A stretch of 64,000 nt of DNA from Bordetella parapertussis. GTDB taxonomy: Bacteria > Pseudomonadota > Gammaproteobacteria > Burkholderiales > Burkholderiaceae_E. The notes beneath the pieces are model-generated. The model was not told where the DNA came from. It did not search any database and was given only the letters and a program-made list of their open reading frames with translations. The position numbers were made by a program, and so were the translations under genes. Numbering within the stretch: position 1 is the first letter of the stretch; every line of letters starts with the position of its first letter. Positions 18,193-26,843 of the stretch are shown here, piece after piece. Location: the NCBI GenBank assembly GCA_945883285.1, contig CAMCXH010000002.1, positions 2,898-66,897 on the forward strand, written 5' to 3'.

Positions 18193-18882
18193 ATGAACAG
18201 CAGACTGCCCGCGATCGCGACAAATCAGGCTTGGCCCTTCAGGGCGGGACTGATGAAGCAGGCGATTCAGATTTTCAAGAAGCCGGTGGACGTGCTCGAA
18301 ATCGGCACCTGGTATGGCGAAGGCTCGACCCAGATCTGGCTCGAGCATCTGATGGCAGGGTCGACTTTGACCCTGGTGGATCCGTGGAAGCCGTACTCGA
18401 GTGCCAGTGATCTGTCAGATGCCCAATATGACTATGCGGGCATGGATGCGCAGGTTTTGCAGGCCTATCTTTCGACGATTCTGTCGGTCTGCAAATTCGA
18501 AAACAACCAGCCCGGGAAGGTCGCCATCGACATCATCCGGGGTGAATCAGAGCGGGTGCTGTCGAGAATGCAGGACGGCCTGTTCGACTTCATTTATGTT
18601 GACGGCGATCACAAGTACGAGTCGGTCAAGCGGAACCTGATCGACGCGAAGCGTCTGGCCAAAAAAGAGTTCTCGCTGATTTGCGGCGACGACCTGGAGC
18701 GATTGCCGAGCCGGGAGTTGCTCGACATCGCGCACACCAATCGAACCCGCGACTATTTGCGTGATCCTCACAACTTTCACCCCGGCGTGATGTTGGCGGT
18801 TCACGAAGAGTTCGGTGAGGTTGGAATGGAGGAAGGCTTCTGGTGGGTTTTCTGCAAAGACGGAAAATTCTTCTGCGCCTGA
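18193..18882 (+). CDS. Class I SAM-dependent methyltransferase (Methyltransf_24-like)
   Basis: VLEIGTWYGEGS (motif I) and FDFIYVDGDHKYESV. Start moved to ATG 18193. Visibly lower GC than its surroundings. Confidence 0.8.
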   Translation: MNSRLPAIATNQAWPFRAGLMKQAIQIFKKPVDVLEIGTWYGEGSTQIWLEHLMAGSTLTLVDPWKPYSSASDLSDAQYDYAGMDAQVLQAYLSTILSVCKFENNQPGKVAIDIIRGESERVLSRMQDGLFDFIYVDGDHKYESVKRNLIDAKRLAKKEFSLICGDDLERLPSRELLDIAHTNRTRDYLRDPHNFHPGVMLAVHEEFGEVGMEEGFWWVFCKDGKFFCA

Positions 18883-18930
18883 TCGCAAGGCCATCCATTT
18901 GGTTCGCCCTGACCCATTTCGGAGTTGGTA

Positions 18931-19851
18931 ATGAAGTTCTCAGTGCTTACTGGCAATCACAACACTCACAACGGCATTGCCGACACCGTCATCTTCTTGC
19001 GCAACGCATTGCGGGACTGCGGTCAGGACTCACAAATCAATGTGTCTATCAGCGCTGACCGAGTCAACGTCATGATGGAACACTTTCCTGAGCCAGCCCA
19101 TCTCGAAGCGATCGAGAAGGGCTACAGGATGGGCGCCCGTTATGTCGTGATCGGCACCGAACCGATCGTCGGAGGCGTGTTCAATGGTGGCGTCGTCAGT
19201 AACCACTGGCATTACAGCAACGTTGAATACTGGCGCAAGCGTACCGAGGGATTCCTGCAGGCAGCGCGGTATTGTGAGGCGGTCTGGGTGCTCGCCGAGA
19301 GCATGATCGAGGGCTACCAAGCGCTGCTGCCCGACAAGCCGGTGCTCTTTTTGCCGCATGGCCATGTCGAGGGCTTTCGTCGATTCGAGCACCTGCCCGA
19401 TCATGCCAAGGACATCGATTTTTATGGGTCCGGCAGCCTGACCGATTATCGGCAGAGCATCGTGGCGGCTTTGGAAAAACGGGGTCACCGGGTTCGCTTC
19501 GACCAGCCGGGCTATGCCGACTATCTTCGTTTCGAGAATCTGTCCCGAAGCAAGGTTTGTCTCAACCTCCGACTCTCTCCCAATAATGTGATCCCATCGG
19601 TCTCACGCATGCATTTCAACATCGAGCATGCCAACTATGTCGCGCATGAGAAGTACGAACTGAAGTGCCCGCTCGACCCTTATGTCCTGCATCTGCCAGC
19701 CGACGAGTTTGTCGACTGGGCTGAAGCGGCGCTCGAGCAGCCGGACAAGCGCAAGCTTGCTGAAGGCATCCTTGATCGGTTTCGCAGCGAGATGCCGATG
19801 AGCCGCCTTTTGCCTCCGATCCTGGACGCGAGTCTGTCGCACCTGTCCTGA
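18931..19851 (+). CDS. Hypothetical protein, possibly glycosyltransferase-like
   Basis: 306 aa. GGAG sits 6 nt before ATG 18931. Only weak GT-B C-terminal-like features (DIDFYGSGSL...ALEKRGHRV). Function not assignable from sequence. Confidence 0.55.
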   Translation: MKFSVLTGNHNTHNGIADTVIFLRNALRDCGQDSQINVSISADRVNVMMEHFPEPAHLEAIEKGYRMGARYVVIGTEPIVGGVFNGGVVSNHWHYSNVEYWRKRTEGFLQAARYCEAVWVLAESMIEGYQALLPDKPVLFLPHGHVEGFRRFEHLPDHAKDIDFYGSGSLTDYRQSIVAALEKRGHRVRFDQPGYADYLRFENLSRSKVCLNLRLSPNNVIPSVSRMHFNIEHANYVAHEKYELKCPLDPYVLHLPADEFVDWAEAALEQPDKRKLAEGILDRFRSEMPMSRLLPPILDASLSHLS

Positions 19852-19853
19852 GC

Positions 19854-19872
19854 GGCGCTCAGACTGAGCGCC
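19854..19872. terminator. Palindromic hairpin between convergent genes (GGCGCTCAG-A-CTGAGCGCC)
   Basis: Perfect 9-bp arms starting 3 nt after the stop at 19851. There is no clear T-tract, so function as a terminator is uncertain. Confidence 0.35.
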
Positions 19873-19941
19873 ATCTCGCGCAGCACGATCGGTGATCGGT
19901 GATCTGGCCGGCCTTGCCGCCCCTCACTGCCGGGTCGTCGC

Positions 19942-21507
19942 TCAGTCCCCCAGCAACCTGCGCTTGAGCCGGATGCTCGCCATGTCCTCGACATTCCTGC
20001 GCTCCTGCACGCCGAACTTGCGCTCGACCAGCGCCAGGTAGTCGGCATTGCTGAAGTAGGTCTGCCAAGCCTCGTCGCGAAAACGCAGCACCTCGGCGGC
20101 GCTCACATGCTTTGTGGCCAGCGGCTGGCAGTCATACGACAGGAAGGCATAGCCGGCATAACTGTCGGGCAGCTGCCAGCCTTCCTTGATCGCACGGCGA
20201 TGGATCGGGCTGCCGGGCAGCGCCTGACAGGGATACATATTGGCCATCTCGGTGTTGAGCTCGAGCGCAAGCTCAAGCGTCTGCTGCATGGTCTGCAGGG
20301 TGTCTTCCGGAAAGCCGAAGATGTAGTTGCTGATCACGTTGATGTCGGTCGACCTCACCGTGTTGCAGATCTCGCGGATATTGACTTCCTGAAAGCTGCC
20401 CTTGGAGACTTCCTTGCGCACCAGCTGGCTGCCGGCTTCAATGCCCAGCGCCAGCCAGCCGATGCCGGCGCGCCGAAACAGATCGAGCGCGGCAGGCCGC
20501 ACGGTATCGACCCGCGCATACGCCCACATCCGCAGATTGAGCTCGCGACTGACAATCTGCTCGAGCAGCGGCTCGTAATAGCGCCGGTTCAGAAAAAACA
20601 TTTCATCGCTGATGCGCACCGTCTCCACGCCCATGCGCGCGAGCTTTTCGAGCTCGCCGGCGATGAAGGTCGGGCTCCAGAAGCGCATGCCGCGCGAGTT
20701 GGCCGCATGCACATCCTCGCCGTCGTCGACCCGGTTGACGATATTGATCATGCAGAAGTCGCAGCCGAAGTTGCAGCCGAGCGAGGTATAGATCGCGGCA
20801 AACGGCGTGCGCTTCGAATGATCAAAGCCGGCATGCCAGAAATGCGCGCGATACATATCCAGCGGTCGCTCGCGATAAGGCAGCAGGTCCCAGGCATAGC
20901 CCGGCAGATCGATGTCCATGCGCTCTTGCGGCACCACCGACTGCGGCGGGTTCATGAACATCACTGAGCTGCCCTGACCATCACGCTTCTTGTAGCCGAT
21001 GCCGGCGACCCGATGAACGTCGCTCTTGAGGTTGCCGCGCAGCAGATTGTGCAGGGCATAGACGCCCTCGTTCTGGAACACGATATCCACATAGGGCAGC
21101 GCCAGCACTTCGCGGGGCAGGGCGCTGGTGTGCGAGCCCACGAAGGCGATCGGAAAATCGGGAGCCTGCGCGCGGATCTCCTGCGCGAGCCGCGTGGCAC
21201 CGATCATGCTGGTGGTGCCCGAGTTCGGGTTCTGACCATAGATCACGAAGACCACCAGGCGGGGCTTGAGCGCCTCAACGCGTGCGACCGAATCGGCCAG
21301 CGACAGCTTTTCGGCATCGCAATCGAGGATGGCGCAGCCAAAGCCCTGGGCGCGGCAACTTTGTGCGAGCAGCAGTGCCCAGGTGGGCGGCTCGATCGCG
21401 GCGAAGGTCACTGCCAGATCCTGATAGGCCTGTGCCGATGAGCTCGGATTGATGAAGAGGACGTCGAGCGGGCGTTCGCCGGGTGCGGTGTGAGTGGTGC
21501 TGGTCAT
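19942..21507 (-). CDS. B12-binding domain radical SAM protein (class B radical SAM, methyltransferase-like)
   Basis: 521 aa. N-terminal cobalamin-binding-like Rossmann region (VLFINPSS...AILDCD...) and the radical SAM motif YTSLGCNFGCDFCM (CxxxCxxC). Confidence 0.88.
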   Translation of the reverse strand: MTSTTHTAPGERPLDVLFINPSSSAQAYQDLAVTFAAIEPPTWALLLAQSCRAQGFGCAILDCDAEKLSLADSVARVEALKPRLVVFVIYGQNPNSGTTSMIGATRLAQEIRAQAPDFPIAFVGSHTSALPREVLALPYVDIVFQNEGVYALHNLLRGNLKSDVHRVAGIGYKKRDGQGSSVMFMNPPQSVVPQERMDIDLPGYAWDLLPYRERPLDMYRAHFWHAGFDHSKRTPFAAIYTSLGCNFGCDFCMINIVNRVDDGEDVHAANSRGMRFWSPTFIAGELEKLARMGVETVRISDEMFFLNRRYYEPLLEQIVSRELNLRMWAYARVDTVRPAALDLFRRAGIGWLALGIEAGSQLVRKEVSKGSFQEVNIREICNTVRSTDINVISNYIFGFPEDTLQTMQQTLELALELNTEMANMYPCQALPGSPIHRRAIKEGWQLPDSYAGYAFLSYDCQPLATKHVSAAEVLRFRDEAWQTYFSNADYLALVERKFGVQERRNVEDMASIRLKRRLLGD

Positions 21508-21585
21508 GGTCGTTGCTGCCTTGGCGTAGGTGCTCGGGTGCTGGGGTCGGTCACGTGTCAGGCGTGAGGCGTCAGACGTCGCAGG

Positions 21586-22752
21586 TCAATGCACCGCCGG
21601 TGTCGCGATGCGACGCAGCAGACCGCCCACCAGCCCCTCCCAGGTATTGCCTTGCGGCGTGGGCACCGCTTCGGTGTGCGACAGCAGCTTGCTGGCGGCA
21701 AACCGGATCGACTCATCGCTGAAGTGATAGGGGTGCACACCCGCGAGATGGTCGGTGGTGATGTTGAAGTTGTTGGCAATTGGAATGCCCATGGCCAGGG
21801 CGCTGACCGCGCGCTCGTTGGTGCCGTTGCCGAAATTCGGGTCGAAATTCACCAGCCCTGCATAGTGCTGCACCAGATAACTGAAGGCATGGTTGTGATT
21901 CGGGTTGGGGGTGAGCAGGCGGAACGATTTTTCGTTGCCGACATACTGGCCCCAGTTTTCGCCGTAGATATCGACCGGCATGCCGCGCAGGGCCATCACC
22001 ACCTTCACGCGGCGATAGCGTTTCAGGCAGGAGTCCATCGCGCACAGGGCAGTCATGAAATCGGGCACGACCAGTTCAGCGACCGGCATGCTCATTGCAT
22101 CGGCGATCGCGCTCATGCCGTGAACGATGGTGGTGTGGCGCAGTGCCTCGCCGATCGTGCGAATCCGATCGCCATCGAAGCCCCAGACATTGTTGTCGCG
22201 CAGCGTGGCTTCAAACTCGTTGTGCAGGGCGCTGACCGCAAGCTCCTTGTTGGCCGAGGCCCAGATCATCAGTCGCTCGCCGTTTTCCTTCGGGCCAACC
22301 CGCCACGGGGCCGGATACGCCCCGGTCGGCATGAAGTGCACGCCCTTACCGATCAGACGACTGTCATTGCCCTCGAGGCTGGCGATATGCAGATTCGGGT
22401 TGGCGCGCCGGGCCTGAAGGTAGTCGCGACACGGCTTGACCCGAACGAAGTCGTAAGGCCAGGCATCGATGATGTAGGTAATGAAATGCGCCTGCGGGCC
22501 GATCATCTCCCAGATCGGCTTATTGTCGATCGTGATGCCCAGCGGCAGCGTGCCGGTGGTCATGATCAGCCTGAAATCCGGATCCTGCAGACTGCGCGGC
22601 AGCGCCTGCAGGCTGGCATCGTTGATGTTGATGATCTGCACATCGTAGCCGTTGGCATTGAGCGCATAGCTCAGGCTCTGCGCCATCATCTCGGTGCCGC
22701 CAAAGGGATGGTGGGCGGTCAATACCGCGGCCTTCGGATACATGCGGATCAT
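21586..22752 (-). CDS. Hypothetical protein, GT-B glycosyltransferase-like C-terminal half
   Basis: 388 aa. ...GLVNFDPNFGNGTNERAVSALAMGIPIANN resembles the GT1 donor-binding helix region. The N-terminal half is unassignable. Confidence 0.55.
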   Translation of the reverse strand: MIRMYPKAAVLTAHHPFGGTEMMAQSLSYALNANGYDVQIININDASLQALPRSLQDPDFRLIMTTGTLPLGITIDNKPIWEMIGPQAHFITYIIDAWPYDFVRVKPCRDYLQARRANPNLHIASLEGNDSRLIGKGVHFMPTGAYPAPWRVGPKENGERLMIWASANKELAVSALHNEFEATLRDNNVWGFDGDRIRTIGEALRHTTIVHGMSAIADAMSMPVAELVVPDFMTALCAMDSCLKRYRRVKVVMALRGMPVDIYGENWGQYVGNEKSFRLLTPNPNHNHAFSYLVQHYAGLVNFDPNFGNGTNERAVSALAMGIPIANNFNITTDHLAGVHPYHFSDESIRFAASKLLSHTEAVPTPQGNTWEGLVGGLLRRIATPAVH

Positions 22753-22762
22753 GTCAGCTCGC

Positions 22763-23701
22763 TCAGACGTTGCCGTGGACGGTGTTGCGGATCATGGTGA
22801 AACCCTTGACCAGTTCACTGATACCGGCAGACAGCGACATTTCGGGCATGAAGCCGGTCTGCTCGAGCTTGGCGTTCGAGACGACATAGTTGCGCTGATC
22901 CGGGTCCTTGCCGACCGGTGCGTCCAGGAACACGAAGTCGGGTACTTGCTTCTGGATGTGCTCGCACAGTTCGCGTTTGGAGACATTCGCTTCTGTCAGG
23001 CCGACGTTGTAGATCTGGCCGCGCATCGCATCGAAGTTGGCGATGCCGTGCATGAAGACCCGCGCGACATCGCGTACATGAATGTAGTTGCGCTTGAAGT
23101 CGCCCTCGAAGAGCACCACGAATCGGTCGTGCACCGCGCGATAGGTGAAGTCGTTGACCAGCAGGTCGATGCGCATGCGCGGCGACATGCCGAAGACCGT
23201 GGCGAGCCTGAAGCTGATCGCGTTGCCGCGCTGCATCAGGTGCTGCTCAACCGCGACTTTTTCGCGCGCGTAAATCGAGATCGGTCGCAGCGGTGACTCT
23301 TCGGTGCAGAAATTATTGGCGTCGCCGGTGCCGTAGGCGCTGTTGGTGGTCGGCATCAGGATGCGCTGATCCGCCGACATCTTCGAGAGCATCATCTCGA
23401 TTGCATCGTGATTGATGGTTTTTGCGCCCACCGGATCGGCATTGCACATCGGTGCGCCGACCAGTGCAGCCAGCGGGATCACGATGTCGGCTTCCTTGAG
23501 CAGCGGCGCGATCGTGCTTTCGATGCGGATGTCGCCCTTGACCACCTTGAAGTTCGGATGAAAGCAGACATGGTTCAGGCTGTTCTGCTTGAACATGAAA
23601 CTGTCGAGCACGGTCACCCGGTGGCCGGCTGCCAGCAGCTGCGGAACCAGGGTGGATCCGAGATAGCCGGCGCCGCCGGTTACGAGAATGCTAAAGGACA
23701 T
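22763..23701 (-). CDS. NAD(P)-dependent sugar epimerase/reductase (extended SDR)
   Basis: VTGGAGYLGS Rossmann motif, TTNSAYG, YAREK (YxxxK). It lacks the S/T-D/S-E triad of 4,6-dehydratases. Start moved to ATG 23701. Confidence 0.85.
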   Translation of the reverse strand: MSFSILVTGGAGYLGSTLVPQLLAAGHRVTVLDSFMFKQNSLNHVCFHPNFKVVKGDIRIESTIAPLLKEADIVIPLAALVGAPMCNADPVGAKTINHDAIEMMLSKMSADQRILMPTTNSAYGTGDANNFCTEESPLRPISIYAREKVAVEQHLMQRGNAISFRLATVFGMSPRMRIDLLVNDFTYRAVHDRFVVLFEGDFKRNYIHVRDVARVFMHGIANFDAMRGQIYNVGLTEANVSKRELCEHIQKQVPDFVFLDAPVGKDPDQRNYVVSNAKLEQTGFMPEMSLSAGISELVKGFTMIRNTVHGNV

Positions 23702-24312
23702 GTCGTGCTCCGAGGAGAAAGGGGTTCGTCGTCGAACATCGCTGCTTCGACGCATTCGCAAAGGGTGTGGGCCAGGACGATGTGAAGTTCCTGGATGGTG
23801 CTGGTGGCTTCGCCCGGCACGGCGATGCAGTAGTTGGCACGCAGCCTGGCGCTGCCGCCTCCCCGGCCCGCGAGCACCACGCTGGGCAGGCCCCGGCTGA
23901 TGCAATGGTCCAGCGCCTTCAGGATGTTGGCCGACTCACCCGAGGTGGTGATGCCTAGAAAAATATCTTTTTCGGTTGCCTTGCCGGCGAGCTGTCGCTC
24001 GAACACCCGATCAAAGCCATAGTCGTTGCCAATTGCCGTCAGGATCGACGAGTCAGTGGTCAGGGCCTCTGCCGGCAGCGGTGCGCGGTCGCGGGCAAGC
24101 TTGCTGACGAATTCGGCGGCCAGGTGCTGGGCATCGGCGGCAGAGCCGCCATTGCCGGCGATATAGAGGCGCCCACCGGCCTTGTAGCAGTTCACGATCA
24201 GTCGGGCTGCAGCATCGAAGGCCGCCATGATCTGCGGGTCGGCGAGCATCTGCCGCTTGGCCGCAAGTGAGGCTTCGACATTTCGCGAGAGACGTTCGAC
24301 TGGCGTACTCAT
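23680..24312 (-). CDS. gmhA: Sedoheptulose-7-phosphate isomerase (SIS domain)
   Basis: YIAGNGGSAADAQHLAAEFV...GITTSGES.N. 22-nt overlap with the SDR start. Confidence 0.88.
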   Translation of the reverse strand: MSTPVERLSRNVEASLAAKRQMLADPQIMAAFDAAARLIVNCYKAGGRLYIAGNGGSAADAQHLAAEFVSKLARDRAPLPAEALTTDSSILTAIGNDYGFDRVFERQLAGKATEKDIFLGITTSGESANILKALDHCISRGLPSVVLAGRGGGSARLRANYCIAVPGEATSTIQELHIVLAHTLCECVEAAMFDDEPLSPRSTTCPLAFS

Positions 24313-24315
24313 GGC

Positions 24316-25047
24316 TTATTCCTCGCAGGTTTGCGGCAGTACATCGGCGGCGCGGTGATAGTCGTGCGGCACGCCGATGTCGATGAATCGAGCGTCGACG
24401 GCAAGGCCATGGAAACGCTGTCCGGCTTCAAGCCAGACCGGAAAGAGATCGTTTTCGAGCGACAGCGCACCTTGCATCGGATCGGGTGCGCCTCGCAGAG
24501 CGCGCGGATGAACCAGATAGACGCCGCCATTGGCCAGGCGCCCAGGCGTCTGATCGTCGGCCTTCAGCGCACTGATGCGACCGTCGGCGTTCACCGTCAT
24601 GCCCATATAGCGGCCGGGCTCGGCGGCGACAAAGAGTGAGAAGCACCAGTCGGCATCGTGCGCGACGGCGAAGTCGGCCAGCGCAGGCAGCGCGACATCG
24701 AAATAGGTGTCGCCGTTGAGCAGCAGGAATCGCGCATCTGCAGCGAGCAGGCTGGCTGCCTGCAGCAGCGCGCCGCCGGTGCCAAGCGGCGTGGCTTCGA
24801 CGCTGTAGCGGATCGAGGCGCCGCGGTAGTGCGCACCAAAGTAATCGGAGATGGCTTCATGGCGATAGCCGACCGCCAGCACGAAGTCCCGGATGCCCTG
24901 GGCGATCCACTGGTCGAGCTGGTGCGAAAGAAATGGCCGGCCTGCAACCGGTGCCATCGGCTTGGGCAGATCGGGCACCGCGCTGCGCAGCCGGGTGCCC
25001 AGTCCACCGGCCAGCACGATCGCCGAAGTGATCGGGTGCTGGCTCAT
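24316..25047 (-). CDS. hddC: Sugar-1-phosphate nucleotidyltransferase (HddC-type heptose-1-P guanylyltransferase-like)
   Basis: AIVLAGGLGTRLRS...PKPMAPVAGRPFL. Co-located with the gmhA/hddA/gmhB set. Nucleotide specificity is inferred, not seen. Confidence 0.75.
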   Translation of the reverse strand: MSQHPITSAIVLAGGLGTRLRSAVPDLPKPMAPVAGRPFLSHQLDQWIAQGIRDFVLAVGYRHEAISDYFGAHYRGASIRYSVEATPLGTGGALLQAASLLAADARFLLLNGDTYFDVALPALADFAVAHDADWCFSLFVAAEPGRYMGMTVNADGRISALKADDQTPGRLANGGVYLVHPRALRGAPDPMQGALSLENDLFPVWLEAGQRFHGLAVDARFIDIGVPHDYHRAADVLPQTCEE

Positions 25048-26216
25048 GCAGCGTTCACGATGTCGCAGATCTCGTCGACTTCGCTGTCGCGCAGATCCGG
25101 AAAGTTGCCGATATAGAACCCGTAGAAGTGAACATGGTCGGTCTTCGGGAACTGCAGATGATGGTCTTTCGGCACGATGCCGCGCAGATAGGGCTGGCGC
25201 ACCTGATTGCCGCCGCCGGCACTGCCGCGACGAAACTCGACGCCGGCGGCGCGCAGGGTGGTCATCAGCCGCTGAACCAGTGCGTCGTCGGGGTGTTTCA
25301 GGATCAGGTTGAAGGCGTAGTTGCTGCTGCCCTCGAGCAGAAAGTCGGTCTGGAAGCGCGTGCTGTCGATGCGAGCCAGAAAGCGGTGAAGGTTCGCTGT
25401 GCGCCGGCTCACGTTTGCGTCCAGCCGCTTGAGCTGGCTGCGACCCATGATCGCGCCGATCTCGGTGTTGCGAACGTTATGCGCCGGATAGGCAAAGATG
25501 AAGTCCGGGTTCAGATCGGGATGCTCGGCGATAAAGCCGGCCTTCAGATCAGGGTCGGTCGATTCGCGCACCATGCCGTGCGAGCGCAGCATGCGAAGCT
25601 GCTGATAGACCTTGCTGTCGTTGGTGCACACCATGCCGCCCTCGATGGTCGACATGTGATGCGCGTAATAGAAGGAGAAGTTCGACATCCAGCCGATGCT
25701 GCCGAGCTTGACGCCATTGTGGGTCGCGCCATGCGACTCGCAGACATCCTCGATCAGCGGGATATTGCGGCGCTCGAGTTCGGCGATCAGCTCGTCGGTC
25801 AGGCCGTCAAAGCCCTGGACATGGGTCAGAAAGACCGCGCGCGTGCGGTCAGTAATCTTCGACAGGATCTCGCCGGGTGCCATCGCGAGCGTGCGCGGAT
25901 CGATATCGGCAAACACCGGTGTGAAGCCGTTTTGCAGGACGGTGGCCACATCCGACACCCAGGTCAGCGGCGGCACGATGACTTCGCCGCCGTCGGGGTG
26001 GGCAATGCGCAGCACCGCCATCGACAGCAGGTTGGCCGAGGCGCCCGAGTTGACGAAGACGCTGTGCTTGACGCCCAGCCACTGCGACCACTCGGCCTCG
26101 AAGGCAGCGCAGTTCGGCCCGTTGGTCAGGATCGGGTCATCTTGCTGCAGGTGGCGGATGATCGCATCGAGGTCTTCGCGCAGGATGTTGTTGCGCATCA
26201 ATGGAAATTTCATCAT
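25044..26216 (-). CDS. DegT/ColD-family PLP/PMP enzyme with the catalytic Lys position occupied by His (sugar 3-dehydratase type)
   Basis: 390 aa. NSGASANLL; the motif SFYYAHHMSTIEGG aligns to SFxxxKxxxxxEGG of aminotransferases with H in place of K, as in ColD/E1 dehydratases. Confidence 0.8.
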   Translation of the reverse strand: MMKFPLMRNNILREDLDAIIRHLQQDDPILTNGPNCAAFEAEWSQWLGVKHSVFVNSGASANLLSMAVLRIAHPDGGEVIVPPLTWVSDVATVLQNGFTPVFADIDPRTLAMAPGEILSKITDRTRAVFLTHVQGFDGLTDELIAELERRNIPLIEDVCESHGATHNGVKLGSIGWMSNFSFYYAHHMSTIEGGMVCTNDSKVYQQLRMLRSHGMVRESTDPDLKAGFIAEHPDLNPDFIFAYPAHNVRNTEIGAIMGRSQLKRLDANVSRRTANLHRFLARIDSTRFQTDFLLEGSSNYAFNLILKHPDDALVQRLMTTLRAAGVEFRRGSAGGGNQVRQPYLRGIVPKDHHLQFPKTDHVHFYGFYIGNFPDLRDSEVDEICDIVNAA

Positions 26217-26228
26217 GGCGGGCTGCGC

Positions 26229-26843
26229 TTACTTCTCGTTGTAGAAGTCGCCCCACTCCACGAGCAGGGTGCTGCGGCCGTCATCGCGAAGCAGTGCGCG
26301 CTGATAAGCCGGGAAAATGTCCTGCGGCTCGTCCAGGCGGATCACCTCGATCGAGCTGCACATTGCGCGCACCGCATCGGTGAAATCGCCGACATGCTGG
26401 TGTTGCGGATGCAGCGGGCGCTCGGCGCCGATGCTGGTGCGCACGATCGCCTTGGTTTTGAAGCCGTCGTTCGACATCACGCCGACCTTGTCGAGGTGAT
26501 TGATCAATTGGCTCATGGCGCACAGCAAAAAGTTCCAGCGCGGAAACAGGCTGACCGGGACCATGCCGGCCAGCGCCAGCCCGGTGGTCATGCCCATCTG
26601 CATTTCTTCGGCCACCGGCAGTTCGAGCAGGCGCGTCGGATCGATGTCCTTGAGCGTATTGCTCATTGCCGTGCCCGGAACGGCCACGGCCTGTCCGATG
26701 AAGAGCGTGCGCGGATCGGTGGCAAGGTATTCCATCGAGCGTTTGAGCTCGTCGAAATACTTCACCACACGCGGCTCAGAACTGGACGCGTTGTCCGGCG
26801 CCGGCGTGCGGGTATCGGGTCTGGTAGCGGTAGTAGTGGACAT
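26229..26843 (-). CDS. TPP-enzyme E1 beta-like (transketolase pyrimidine-binding domain) small subunit
   Basis: LFIGQAVAVPGTAMSNT...LPVAEEMQMGMTTGLALAG. The start is uncertain: TTG 26864, ATG 26843 or GTG 26768. The first two overlap the upstream gene by 68-89 nt. Confidence 0.7.
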   Translation of the reverse strand: MSTTTATRPDTRTPAPDNASSSEPRVVKYFDELKRSMEYLATDPRTLFIGQAVAVPGTAMSNTLKDIDPTRLLELPVAEEMQMGMTTGLALAGMVPVSLFPRWNFLLCAMSQLINHLDKVGVMSNDGFKTKAIVRTSIGAERPLHPQHQHVGDFTDAVRAMCSSIEVIRLDEPQDIFPAYQRALLRDDGRSTLLVEWGDFYNEK

